A stretch of DNA of 64,000 bases. Origin: Polyangiales bacterium. GTDB lineage: Bacteria > Myxococcota_A > Polyangia > Polyangiales > Ga0077539. Positions 1-9,096 of the stretch are shown piece by piece. Each line of letters opens with the position of its first letter. Position 1 is the first letter of the stretch. Made by a program: the position numbers and the translations under genes. Below the pieces are notes generated by a model that searched no databases, was not told where the DNA came from, and saw only the letters and a list, made by a program, of their open reading frames with translations. The DNA lies in contig JBGARZ010000004.1 in the NCBI GenBank assembly GCA_044229975.1, positions 448,001 to 512,000 on the forward strand, in the 5' to 3' direction.

Positions 1-1
1 C

Positions 2-3000
2 ACGGGCCGCGCGCCCTTCGAGGGGACCGACCCCGTCGCCCTCGTCCACGCCACCGTCGCCCTCGCGCCTCCGCGCGTCGACGCGCTGCGCCCCGACGTC
101 CCCGCGGTGCTCGCCGACCTCATCGCGCGCCTGCTCGCGAAGATGCCCGACGACCGCTACCAGACCGTCGACGCCCTCGTCGGCGACCTGCGCCTGCTCG
201 AAGCCGCGTGGGAGGCCCACGGCTCCCTCAGCGACGTCGCCCTCACGCGCGAAGACCGCGCCGATCACATGGTGCTGCCCGACCGGCTCTACGGCCGCGA
301 GGGCGCCCGCCACGACCTGCAAGACGCCGTCGTGCGGCTCCGCGGCGGCGTGGTGTCGGCCATCGCCGTGGTGGGCCCCGCGGGTGTTGGCAAGACCGCC
401 CTCGTACGCGAGCTCCACCGCATGCTCGCGGACACCGACGCGTCCTTCGCCGAGGGCAAGCTCGACCCGCTCCAGCGCGGCGCGCCGTACGCCCCGGTGC
501 TCGCCGTGCTGCGCGCCCTCATGCAGCGCGCCCTCGCGGGCGACGACGCCACCGTGCAGGCGTGGGGACACAAGCTGCGCGACGCCCTCGAAGGCGACCA
601 CGCGCGACTCATCGACCTCGTGCCCGAAGCGGGCGCGTTGCTCGGTCCGTCGGGCGCCGCGGAGGCGTTGCAGCTCGCCGAGGCGAAGGCCCGGTTGCAC
701 GTGCTGCTGCGCCGGTCGCTCCAGGTGTTTCACGCGCCCGAGCGGCCGCTGGTGGTGTTTCTCGATGACCTCCAGTGGGCCGACGAGGCGACGCTGTCGC
801 TCTTGCGCGGCATGGTCGAGCAGCGCGCGCCGGAAGACCCGCTGCTGGTGCTCGGCTGGCGCGGCGATGAGCACACCGCCGAAGGGGCCGTCGCCGAGCT
901 CGCCGCCCGCTGGAACGCCCGTCAGGTCCCGCGCATCCACGTCCGCCCGCTGCGGGTGGACGACGTGGCCGCGCTGCTCGTCGACGCCCTCGGCGCGGAT
1001 TCACCCGAGGCGGTGACCGACCTCGCGACGCTGTTGCACCAGCGCACGGGCGGCAACGCCCAGATGCTCCGCGAGCTGCTCACGTCGCTCTCGCACGACG
1101 GCGCGTTTCCGTGGGACGGCGAGCGCCAGCGGCTCACCTGGGACATCACGCGCATCGCGGCGGCGCCCGTGCCCGATGGAGTCGCCGAGCTGCTCACGCC
1201 GCGCATCGAGCGCCTGCCGCCGCACGCCCGCCGGGCGCTGGAGGTCGCGTCGTGCGTGGGTGGTGCGTTCGATCCGTCGCTCGTCCGCGCGGTCACCGGC
1301 ACCTCGCCCGAAGACTTCGCCGACGCGGTGGCGTTGTCCCTCGCCGCGGGTCTCTTGGTGGGCGACGCCGCGGCCTGGGAGGTCGCGATGGGCGACGCCG
1401 ACGCGGTGCCCGCGCGCCGAACGCTCCGCTTCGCCCACGACCGGGTGCAGGAGGCCGTCCGCGCGTCGCTCTCCGACGAGGGCCGCGAGGCGACGCACCT
1501 CGCGCTCGGCCGACAGCTCCTGCACGACCTCGCCGACGCCGACGACGACCGGGTGTTTGCGACGGTCGACCAGATGCGCCGCGCGGCCTCGGCGATCATC
1601 ACCGCGGAGGAGCGCCAGCAGCTCGCGGCGCTCGGTCTGCGCGCGGCGCGCAGGGCGCGGCAGCAGGCGGCCTTCGAGACGGCGCTCACGTGCGCGGGCG
1701 CGGCCATCCGCTGGCTCGGCGACGACGCGTGGGCGTCGAGCTACGAGCTCATGCGCGACCTGCACCTGCTGGCCGCGGAGATGGTGGTGCTGTGCCCGGG
1801 CGTCCCCGTTCCGGTGCCCTACGGCGAGCGGGCCCTCTCGCGCGCCCGCGGCGTGCTCGATCGGGTGGCGGCGCAGTCCATCATGATTCGCGGGCACAAC
1901 GCGCGGGCCGACCACGCGGCGGTGGTGCGCGACACCGTCGAGGCGCTGCGGTGGTTGGGCGTGGACATCACCGAGCGCCCGGGGATGCCCAAGGTGCTGC
2001 TCACGCTGGCGGGCTTGCGTCGCCGCATGACGCGGCTGTCCCGCGTAGGTCGCGCGGCCCTGCCGGTGACGACCGACCCGTCGGTGCTCGCGGCGCAGGC
2101 GCTCATCGCGGGGTGCACGGCGTCGGCGTTCCTGGTGTCGACGAGCCTGCTGCCGTTGCTGCTCTTGCGCTCGGTGGGGCTCTCGCTCGACCGCGGCGTG
2201 GGCAAGGGGTCGGCGTACGGCTTCGCGGGGTACACGTTCATCCTGGCGGCGGTCATCGACGACCTGCCCGAGGCGCTGCGCTTCGCGGCCCTGTCGCGCG
2301 ACCTCGCGACGCGCTTCGACGACGAGGCCGCGCGGGTGCGGGTGGAGACCCTGTGCGTGGGCTTCGCCGACTCGCGGGTGAAGCCCATGGCGTCGCTCGC
2401 CGAGTCGTACGCTGATCTGGCCCGTCGCGCGGCGGCGCAGGGCGACGGGGAGTACGCCGGGCTCAACGCGCACAACACCGTCGACGCGGCCCTCATCGGC
2501 GGCCGTGACCTCGACCTCGTGGCCGCGGAGGTCCCCGGGTGGATCCGCCACTGCGCCGCCGTGGGCGAGGTGCGGGGGCAGCGCTTCTGCGGGTACCTCC
2601 AGCACGTGGTGTCGTCGCTGCGCAAACGAACGCCGATGGACGAGGCGCACTGGGTCACGGCGCGCGACGAGCTCTTCGGGGGGCAGGTCGCGCCGGACGA
2701 CAAATCGCTGGAGGCGACGTTCTATTTCTACCGAACGTCGGTGGCCCTCTTCACGGGAGACATCAAGGCCGCGACGCAGGCCGCGACGCACGCCGACGAG
2801 CGCCGCAGCGCGATGCCCGGGACGATGCAGCTCTTCATGTTCACGGCGCACGCGCCGGTGGCGAGGCTCATCGAGGCGCTCGACGCGCCGACCCTCCGTC
2901 GCACCCACCTCCGCGCGCTCGCGGCGCTCGACCTGCGGCGCTTGAAGGGTCTCGCGGAGCACGCGCCTGCCGTGTTTGGTCATCGGGTGCGGCTGGTCGA

Positions 3001-4705
3001 GGCGCTGGTGCACGAGGTGGCGGGCGAGCGCGAGCGGGCGGTGATGACGGCCGAAGAAGCGGTGACGGCGGCGCGCGTGGCGGACGTGTCGCCCGACCTG
3101 GCGCTGGCGCTCGACGTGTCGTCGCGCATCTACGAGCGGCATGGCCAGCGGCGGGTGGCGGCGAGCGTGCTGGGCGAGGCGGTGGAGGTCTGGCGGCAGT
3201 GGGGCGCGAAGGCCGTGGTCGAGCGGGTCGAGGCGCGCCTGGCGGCCCTCGGCGGCGAGCGCCCGGTGCTGTCACCCGGAACCACCAGCTTGAACAGCAG
3301 CAGCCTCGACGCGGCGACGCTGGTGCGGGCCGCGCGCGCCCTGTCGGCGGAGATCGTTCTCGACGACCTGCTGCGCCGGCTGGTGGAGCTGGCGACGACC
3401 AACGCGGGCGCCGAGCGGGCGTCGCTGTGGTTGCAGACACCAGAGGGCCTGCGGATGACGGCGCGCGCCCGGGCGACGGCCGACGGCGTGGTGAGCGAGC
3501 GCGTGCGCGACGAGCGCGGGGACGGCGACCCGACGGCGGCGGTGGCGCAGTATGTGGCGCGCACGCAGGAGCCGGTGCTGTTGCAGGACGCGACGCACGA
3601 CGGGCGCTTCTTCCGGGGGTGGGAGGGGCGGCGGCCGCGCTCGGTGCTGTGCGTTCCGTTGAGGAAGGGGCACCAGCTCGTCGGGGTGCTGTACCTCCAG
3701 AGCGAGGTGGTGGTGGGCGCCTTCACCGAAGACCGCTTCGAGGTCATCACGGTGATGGCCGCGCAGGCGGCGGTGTCCATCGACAACGCGCGCCTCTACG
3801 AAGACCTGCGCGCGTCGCTGGAGCGCCAGCGGCGGCTCACGGGCGCCTTCGAGCGCTTCATGCCCAACCAGTTCCTGGAGCAGCTGGAGAAGGCCGACAT
3901 CCTCGACGTGGCGCTGGGCGATCAGTCGCAGCGCGAGGTGACGGTGCTCTTCTGCGACCTGCGCGGCTTCTCGGCGCTGGCGTCGCAGCTCGGGCCCTCG
4001 GGGACCTTCGCGTTCATCAACAAGTACCTCGGGTACATGGAGCCGGCGATTCACGCGCACGGCGGGTTCATCAACCAGTTTCTGGGCGACGGGATCATGG
4101 CGCTCTTCCCGGGCCCGACCGACCAGGCGTTGACGGGCGCGCTGGCGATGCTCGACGCGCTGTCGCGCTTCAACGCCGAGCGCCGCACGAGCGCGCTCCC
4201 AGAGGTGCGGGTGAGCATCGGGCTCAACTCGGGACCGCTGATGCTGGGCGTCATCGGCGGGACGCGCCGCTTCGACCGCGGCGTGGTGGGCGACGCGGTG
4301 AACCTCGCGAGTAGGGTTGAAGGCATGACGAGGCAGTTCAACTCGCCGTTGCTCCTGGGCGGCGAGACCTGCGCGCGGCTGTCCGATCGCGAGCGCTTCC
4401 TGTTGCGGTCGCTCGGGTGGGTGGTGCCGGTGGGGCAGCGCAACCCGATCGAGGTGTTCGAGTCGCTGGACGCGCACGCGCCGGAGCTGCGGTCGGCGTG
4501 CGCGGCGTCGGCGGACGACTACGCCGACGGCCTCGCGCGCTGGGTGGCGGGCGACTTCGAGGCGGCGAGCGGACACTTCACGGCGTGCATGGAGCGCAAC
4601 CCGGGCGACGGCGCGGCGCGCTTCATGGTGGCGCGCTGCGAGGAGATGATCGCGAAGCCGCCGAAGGGCCCGTGGGACGGGGTCATCCGGCTGAAGAGCA
4701 AGTAG
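2..4705 (+). CDS. 5'-truncated multidomain signalling protein: Ser/Thr kinase C-terminus + AAA/STAND ATPase + helical/TPR region + GAF + class III nucleotidyl cyclase
   Basis: Frame is open from base 2 (TGRAPFEGTDPVALVHA...LLAKMPDDRYQ, kinase subdomains IX-XI). Walker A GPAGVGKT and Walker B VVFLDDLQWAD; GAF (SVLCVPL...GVLYL...AFT); cyclase motifs LFCDLRGFS, FLGDGIMALF and GDAVNLASRVEG. Confidence 0.9.
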   Translation, partial: TGRAPFEGTDPVALVHATVALAPPRVDALRPDVPAVLADLIARLLAKMPDDRYQTVDALVGDLRLLEAAWEAHGSLSDVALTREDRADHMVLPDRLYGREGARHDLQDAVVRLRGGVVSAIAVVGPAGVGKTALVRELHRMLADTDASFAEGKLDPLQRGAPYAPVLAVLRALMQRALAGDDATVQAWGHKLRDALEGDHARLIDLVPEAGALLGPSGAAEALQLAEAKARLHVLLRRSLQVFHAPERPLVVFLDDLQWADEATLSLLRGMVEQRAPEDPLLVLGWRGDEHTAEGAVAELAARWNARQVPRIHVRPLRVDDVAALLVDALGADSPEAVTDLATLLHQRTGGNAQMLRELLTSLSHDGAFPWDGERQRLTWDITRIAAAPVPDGVAELLTPRIERLPPHARRALEVASCVGGAFDPSLVRAVTGTSPEDFADAVALSLAAGLLVGDAAAWEVAMGDADAVPARRTLRFAHDRVQEAVRASLSDEGREATHLALGRQLLHDLADADDDRVFATVDQMRRAASAIITAEERQQLAALGLRAARRARQQAAFETALTCAGAAIRWLGDDAWASSYELMRDLHLLAAEMVVLCPGVPVPVPYGERALSRARGVLDRVAAQSIMIRGHNARADHAAVVRDTVEALRWLGVDITERPGMPKVLLTLAGLRRRMTRLSRVGRAALPVTTDPSVLAAQALIAGCTASAFLVSTSLLPLLLLRSVGLSLDRGVGKGSAYGFAGYTFILAAVIDDLPEALRFAALSRDLATRFDDEAARVRVETLCVGFADSRVKPMASLAESYADLARRAAAQGDGEYAGLNAHNTVDAALIGGRDLDLVAAEVPGWIRHCAAVGEVRGQRFCGYLQHVVSSLRKRTPMDEAHWVTARDELFGGQVAPDDKSLEATFYFYRTSVALFTGDIKAATQAATHADERRSAMPGTMQLFMFTAHAPVARLIEALDAPTLRRTHLRALAALDLRRLKGLAEHAPAVFGHRVRLVEALVHEVAGERERAVMTAEEAVTAARVADVSPDLALALDVSSRIYERHGQRRVAASVLGEAVEVWRQWGAKAVVERVEARLAALGGERPVLSPGTTSLNSSSLDAATLVRAARALSAEIVLDDLLRRLVELATTNAGAERASLWLQTPEGLRMTARARATADGVVSERVRDERGDGDPTAAVAQYVARTQEPVLLQDATHDGRFFRGWEGRRPRSVLCVPLRKGHQLVGVLYLQSEVVVGAFTEDRFEVITVMAAQAAVSIDNARLYEDLRASLERQRRLTGAFERFMPNQFLEQLEKADILDVALGDQSQREVTVLFCDLRGFSALASQLGPSGTFAFINKYLGYMEPAIHAHGGFINQFLGDGIMALFPGPTDQALTGALAMLDALSRFNAERRTSALPEVRVSIGLNSGPLMLGVIGGTRRFDRGVVGDAVNLASRVEGMTRQFNSPLLLGGETCARLSDRERFLLRSLGWVVPVGQRNPIEVFESLDAHAPELRSACAASADDYADGLARWVAGDFEAASGHFTACMERNPGDGAARFMVARCEEMIAKPPKGPWDGVIRLKSK

Positions 4706-4721
4706 GCGATTCGCCCCTCGC

Positions 4722-4751
4722 TTGACCATTACCGACAACATCGGTTATCCA
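4722..4751 (+). promoter_or_regulatory. Candidate sigma70-type promoter with an inverted repeat in the spacer
   Basis: TTGACC followed after 17-18 nt by (T)TATCCA; the spacer holds the palindrome ACCGA-caaca-TCGGT (4731-4745). Confidence 0.45.
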
Positions 4752-4766
4752 CCCGTCAGGTTCGTC

Positions 4767-4892
4767 ATGTGTACTCAGTCCAACATCCTCGTTCGCCCGC
4801 TGTCGGGTCGCTCTGAGGTCGGTCGCCGCACCCCGTGCCGGCGCCCGATCCTGGAGTTGATCCTGACGTATCGGGTTCGCGGAGCGGGCTGA
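4767..4892 (+). CDS. Putative 41-aa leader peptide upstream of the EF-G paralogue
   Basis: ATG 4767 to TGA 4890-4892: MCTQSNILVRPLSGRSEVGRRTPCRRPILELILTYRVRGAG. Its 3' end is complementary to downstream leader sequence. It is below the ORF-track length cutoff. Confidence 0.4.
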   Translation: MCTQSNILVRPLSGRSEVGRRTPCRRPILELILTYRVRGAG

Positions 4893-5094
4893 GCTACCGT
4901 CAGAAGACGCACCTCTACCAATCGTTCCGTCGGGTCCGCGAGTCGCCGCTGACGCGTGGCCCGCTCCGCATCCCCCTACGACCTCGCCGCCACCGCCGCG
5001 TCGTTGTCCATTGGACTTCGTCGCGTCGCGGACCCGCGTGTGTTCATTCAACAGGCGTCGTCCTCCATTGAGGACAACGCCAGGGGATACTTCT
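4878..5094 (+). promoter_or_regulatory. Structured 5' leader (attenuator-like) of the EF-G paralogue
   Basis: Complementary pairs: GCGGAGCGGGC (4879-4889)/GCCCGCTCCGC (4959-4969); CGGGTCCGCGA (4931-4941)/TCGCGGACCCG (5026-5036); GGCGTCGTCCTC (5054-5065)/GAGGACAACGCC (5070-5081). Competing partners: CGTTGTCC (5002-5009), and ATCCCC (4970-4975) against GGGGAT (5083-5088). Confidence 0.55.
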
Positions 5095-7167
5095 ATGTCT
5101 CGCGACATCGCCCTCGACCGCGTCCGCAACCTCGGCGTCATGGCCCACATCGACGCGGGCAAGACCACGCTCACCGAGCGGATGCTGTTCTTCACCGGCC
5201 GCATCCACCGCCTCGGCGAGGTGCACCACGGCACCGCCACCACGGACTTCACGCCCGAGGAGCAGGCCATGGGCATCACCATCAACGCGGCCGCCGTCAC
5301 CACGCACTGGTCCGTCACCGACGGTCCGCGCGCGGGGCAGCGGCACCGCTTCAACGTCATCGACACCCCCGGGCACGTCGACTTCACCATGGAGGTCGAA
5401 CGCTCTCTGCGGGTGCTCGACGGCGCTGTCGCGGTCTTCGACGCCGCCCGCGGGGTCGAGCCCCAGAGCGAGACCGTCTGGCGGCAGGCCGATCGATACG
5501 GCGTTCCGCGCATCGCGTTCGTCAACAAGGTCGACAAGCCCGGCGCCGACCTCGCGATGTGCCTCGACTCCATGCGCCGACGACTCGGCGCGCGACCCGT
5601 CGCCGTGCAGCTCCCCGTCGAGGAGGGCGGCGCGCTCGTCGGGATCATCGACCTCGTGCGCGACCGCTGCTTCGTCTACGACGACGCCACGGGCCGCACC
5701 TTCGTCGCGACCGACGTCCCCGCTTCGCACCGCGAGGCGGCGACCCGTGCGCGCGCGGAGCTCATCGAGGCCTGCGCCGAGTGCGACCCGTCTCTCACGG
5801 ATCGCTTCCTCGCCGAAGGTCCCGGTTCCATCACCGCCGACGAGATCGAGCTCGCTCTACGGAGGGCGACCATCGAGGGTCGGCTGGTCCCGGTGCTCTG
5901 TGGCTCCGCGTTGAAGAACCGCGGTGTCCAGATGCTGCTCGACGCGGTCGTGAAGTACCTCCCGTCCCCGGCGGACCGTCCGTCGGTGCAGGGAACGCAC
6001 CCCGACACCGGCGCCGCGCTGGAGCGATCCGTGCGCGACGACGGACCGGTCTGCGCGCTGGCGTTCAAGGTGGTGAGCGACCCGTCGCAGGGCACGCTCA
6101 CCTTCCTGCGCGTCTACGCAGGGACGGTGCGCCCCGGCATGAGCCTGCTCGACGTGAACCGTGGCAAGACGGAGCGCGTTCGACGGCTCGTGCGGGTGCA
6201 CGCCCAGGAGCGCGAAGACCTCGACGAGGCCCCCGCGGGCTCCATCGTCGCGGTGCTCGGCTGGCACCTCGTGCGAACGGGGACGACCCTGTGCTCCGTC
6301 GACGATCCCATGGCGCTCGAAGGACTACACCTCCCCGAGCCCATGGTGGAGGTCGCCCTCGAACCGCGCACCGCGGCCGACAGCGATCGCCTGGCCAACG
6401 GGCTCGCGCGCATGGCGCTCGAAGACCCGTCGCTCCACGTCGGCGCCGACCCCGAGTCGGGGCAGACCCTGCTCAAGGGCATGGGCGAGCTCCACCTGGA
6501 GATCGTCGTCGAGCGACTCCGCCGCGAGCACCGCGCGGAGGTGACCATGGGTGAGCCTCGCGTGGCGTTCCGGGAGACCGTGCGCGGCGCAGGGCACGCC
6601 GACTACCGACACGTCCGTCGCAACGGCGGGCCGGGTCAGTTCGCGCACGTCGTGTTGTCGGTTGAACCCGGCGCGCGCGGCAGCGGGCTGGAGTTCACCA
6701 GCGAGGTGGCGGGCGGGGCGATTCCAGTGGAGTTCGTCCCGTCCATCGAGAAGGGCGTGCGCGGGGCGATGAGCCGCGGCGTGGCGTCCGAACACCCGAT
6801 GGTGGACGTGCGCGTTCGGCTGCTGGACGGGGCCTTCCACAAGGTCGACTCCAGCGGACCGGCCTTCGAGATCGCGGGCTCGCTCGCGTTCCAGGAGGCG
6901 GCGAAGAAGGCGGGCATCGTGGAGCTCGAACCCATGATGTCCGTCGAGGTTCTCGTGCCCGAGGAGTTCGTGGGCGAGGCGCTCGCGTCGGTGCAATCCC
7001 GGCGCGGCAGCGTGCACGATCTCCGTCGGCGCGAGGTGCTGCACGTCATCGACGCGGAGGTCCCGCTGGCGCGGCTCTTCGGGTACGTGACCGAGCTGCG
7101 CAGCCGCACGCAGGGCCGCGGCAGCGCGTCGATGGTCTTCTCCCGCTACGAAGAGGCCCGCCGGTAG
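5095..7167 (+). CDS. fusA: Elongation factor G paralogue (EF-G2-like), 690 aa
   Basis: G1 AHIDAGKTT, G3 DTPGHVDF, G4 NKVD, GSALKN, GMGELHLE, GGPGQFAHV, FHKVDSS, LRSRTQGRG. ATG 5095 follows AGGGGA. The gene is not in the str operon and switch I is divergent. Confidence 0.93.
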   Translation: MSRDIALDRVRNLGVMAHIDAGKTTLTERMLFFTGRIHRLGEVHHGTATTDFTPEEQAMGITINAAAVTTHWSVTDGPRAGQRHRFNVIDTPGHVDFTMEVERSLRVLDGAVAVFDAARGVEPQSETVWRQADRYGVPRIAFVNKVDKPGADLAMCLDSMRRRLGARPVAVQLPVEEGGALVGIIDLVRDRCFVYDDATGRTFVATDVPASHREAATRARAELIEACAECDPSLTDRFLAEGPGSITADEIELALRRATIEGRLVPVLCGSALKNRGVQMLLDAVVKYLPSPADRPSVQGTHPDTGAALERSVRDDGPVCALAFKVVSDPSQGTLTFLRVYAGTVRPGMSLLDVNRGKTERVRRLVRVHAQEREDLDEAPAGSIVAVLGWHLVRTGTTLCSVDDPMALEGLHLPEPMVEVALEPRTAADSDRLANGLARMALEDPSLHVGADPESGQTLLKGMGELHLEIVVERLRREHRAEVTMGEPRVAFRETVRGAGHADYRHVRRNGGPGQFAHVVLSVEPGARGSGLEFTSEVAGGAIPVEFVPSIEKGVRGAMSRGVASEHPMVDVRVRLLDGAFHKVDSSGPAFEIAGSLAFQEAAKKAGIVELEPMMSVEVLVPEEFVGEALASVQSRRGSVHDLRRREVLHVIDAEVPLARLFGYVTELRSRTQGRGSASMVFSRYEEARR

Positions 7168-7198
7168 AGCACCGGTCGGGTCTCGTCCCACCACCAAC

Positions 7199-7257
7199 GG
7201 CCCAGTGCCGTCGAGGTCGTCACGCACGGCCGTCGGCGGCGCTGGGCCTTTCCTTTT
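7199..7257 (+). terminator. Intrinsic terminator after the fusA paralogue
   Basis: Stem GGCCCAGTGCCGTCGA...TCGGCGGCGCTGGGCC (with G-U pairs) followed by TTTCCTTTT; lies between convergent genes. Confidence 0.7.
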
Positions 7258-7962
7258 CTACTCGGGCCTCTCCGAAGAACCTGGGCCAGCCGCGCAGGCA
7301 TCGAGGCACTCGACGAAGCGACGCAGGCTCGCGTTGCGGTCGGCGCAACCGTCGAGGCCCTTGCGTCGTGCGAGCCCCTTCGCGACCTCCCGCATCCGCT
7401 CGTACTCCCCCTTCGCGAAGAGCCTCTGGCGCTCGCGCTCGCTGAACAGGTTCGGTCGGTTCAGCTCCCGATCGAGCCGCCTCTTCGGGTCTCTGACAAG
7501 CGTCGTGTCCGCGTCGGCGCCGTACAGCGGCAGCACCCACGCCTCGGTCTCCTCGACCGCGATCGCGAAGCACGTCCGGTCGACGAACTCATCTCCCATC
7601 CACCCGCACAACGTCCGCTCGATGCGATCGCACAGGCGCATTGGCTCTGGCGACGGCGAGCGCTCCACGTCGTAGCCGACCAGGGCGCACTCGGCCGCGT
7701 CGAGCTGCACCACGAGGAGCTTCGGCTCGTCGACGGGCACCTCGAAGAAGGCGCGGACCCGAGCTCGCTCACGACACTCCTCGATGACCAGCGACCAGTT
7801 GCTGCGCTGCGCGGCCCTCATCGCGTGGGCGTCGGTCTCGTCCACGTCGAACTCCGGGCGCAGAAACTCCACGTCGTCCTCCTCGACGCCGATCGCGCCC
7901 TTGAGGATGCGGGTGAGGACGCCGAGGTCGCCCCGCCCCTCCGCGACGATGCCCACGCGCAC
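7258..7962 (-). CDS. TOPRIM-like protein (DUF4276/RloB-like), partner of the upstream ATPase
   Basis: N-terminal GIVAEGRGD (EGxxD), VVQLD and AVEETEAW (ExExW); starts 2 nt after the ATPase stop. Confidence 0.6.
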   Translation of the reverse strand: MRVGIVAEGRGDLGVLTRILKGAIGVEEDDVEFLRPEFDVDETDAHAMRAAQRSNWSLVIEECRERARVRAFFEVPVDEPKLLVVQLDAAECALVGYDVERSPSPEPMRLCDRIERTLCGWMGDEFVDRTCFAIAVEETEAWVLPLYGADADTTLVRDPKRRLDRELNRPNLFSERERQRLFAKGEYERMREVAKGLARRKGLDGCADRNASLRRFVECLDACAAGPGSSERPE

Positions 7963-7964
7963 GA

Positions 7965-9044
7965 TCAGAACTGCTTCGGAATGCCGCCGAGGTGGCCGCG
8001 CATCCAGAGTTCGGAGAGCATGTATCGCGGGCCCTCTTCGGGCTGGGGCTTCACGAGCACGCGCTTCACCTGGGTGTGACCCTCGTCGTTGCGCGAGACG
8101 ACGAAGAGCCGCTGGTCGTCGTCATGGAGGTTGAGGCCGTCGAGCACCGCCGGGTTGTGCGTCGTGACGAGCGCCTGCTTGTCGCGGCTCTTCGCGAGAG
8201 CGGCGAGCTCGGTCGTGAGCAGCCGGCAGAGCCTCGGGTTGAGGGAGGTCTCGATGTTGTCGATGCCGAACACCCGCGGCGTCTCCGGGCTCACGAAGAG
8301 CGTCAGGTGGAAGAGCGCGTGCAGCACTCCTTCGTTGGCGTTTTCGGCGGAGAAGAGGTTCTGCGACGTGTCCATGAAGCGGTCGCGGAAGTAGAGCGTC
8401 GACACGCTGCGACCGAGCTTGTGGCCGTCGAACTTCAAGCGGTCGTCGCGGTCGAGCAGCACCTCGTCGAGCCACGAGACGAAGTGCGAGCGTCGAACGA
8501 GCTCATCGAAGTCCGCGGGAGCCAGGTTGGCGATGAGTACGTCGAGTCCCTCTCCGTACAACCCCAGGGGCCTCCGTCGAGACAGCACGTCGGTGCCACG
8601 AAGAGAGGGGGTCAACGCCGCATAGATCGCGAACGAACCGACCGCCGCTTCGATCGAAGTCCGCAGGGCGGTCGCGGATTCCACCGAGGTTTGCAGAGAG
8701 GCCGCCGACTCCAGGCTCCACACCGGCGAAGTGCGCGAGGCGTTGGAGCGCAGACGGAGCGAGAGCGGCTCCGAACCCTCCACCAGTTGCAGACCGATCA
8801 CCTCCGACGGGTTGCCCTCACGGAAACGAGCCGTGGTGATCGGCGTCGGCGCTGCGCGAACACCGCGCGCAACCAGCGACTCGACGTCCCCGTCTCCTCG
8901 CAGGCTCAGGGCCCCCAGCGCGAGCGCTTCGAGGATGTTGGTCTTGCCACACCCGTTCTCGCCGATGAACACGTTGAAACGACCCAGCTCCAGCGTCAGG
9001 TCGACGATGGACTTGTAGTTCTGGATCGTGACCCTGCTCAACAT
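7965..9044 (-). CDS. ABC-fold ATPase (AAA_15/AAA_21 type)
   Basis: IQNYKSI, NVFIGENGCGKTNILEAL, signature-like NANEG, Walker B GIDNIE, LNP and H-loop TTHNP. Confidence 0.85.
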   Translation of the reverse strand: MLSRVTIQNYKSIVDLTLELGRFNVFIGENGCGKTNILEALALGALSLRGDGDVESLVARGVRAAPTPITTARFREGNPSEVIGLQLVEGSEPLSLRLRSNASRTSPVWSLESAASLQTSVESATALRTSIEAAVGSFAIYAALTPSLRGTDVLSRRRPLGLYGEGLDVLIANLAPADFDELVRRSHFVSWLDEVLLDRDDRLKFDGHKLGRSVSTLYFRDRFMDTSQNLFSAENANEGVLHALFHLTLFVSPETPRVFGIDNIETSLNPRLCRLLTTELAALAKSRDKQALVTTHNPAVLDGLNLHDDDQRLFVVSRNDEGHTQVKRVLVKPQPEEGPRYMLSELWMRGHLGGIPKQF

Positions 9045-9096
9045 CGCGCCGCGCCTTCTCCGAGGCAGACCGTACCACCGCGGCCCTCCCGTTTCG

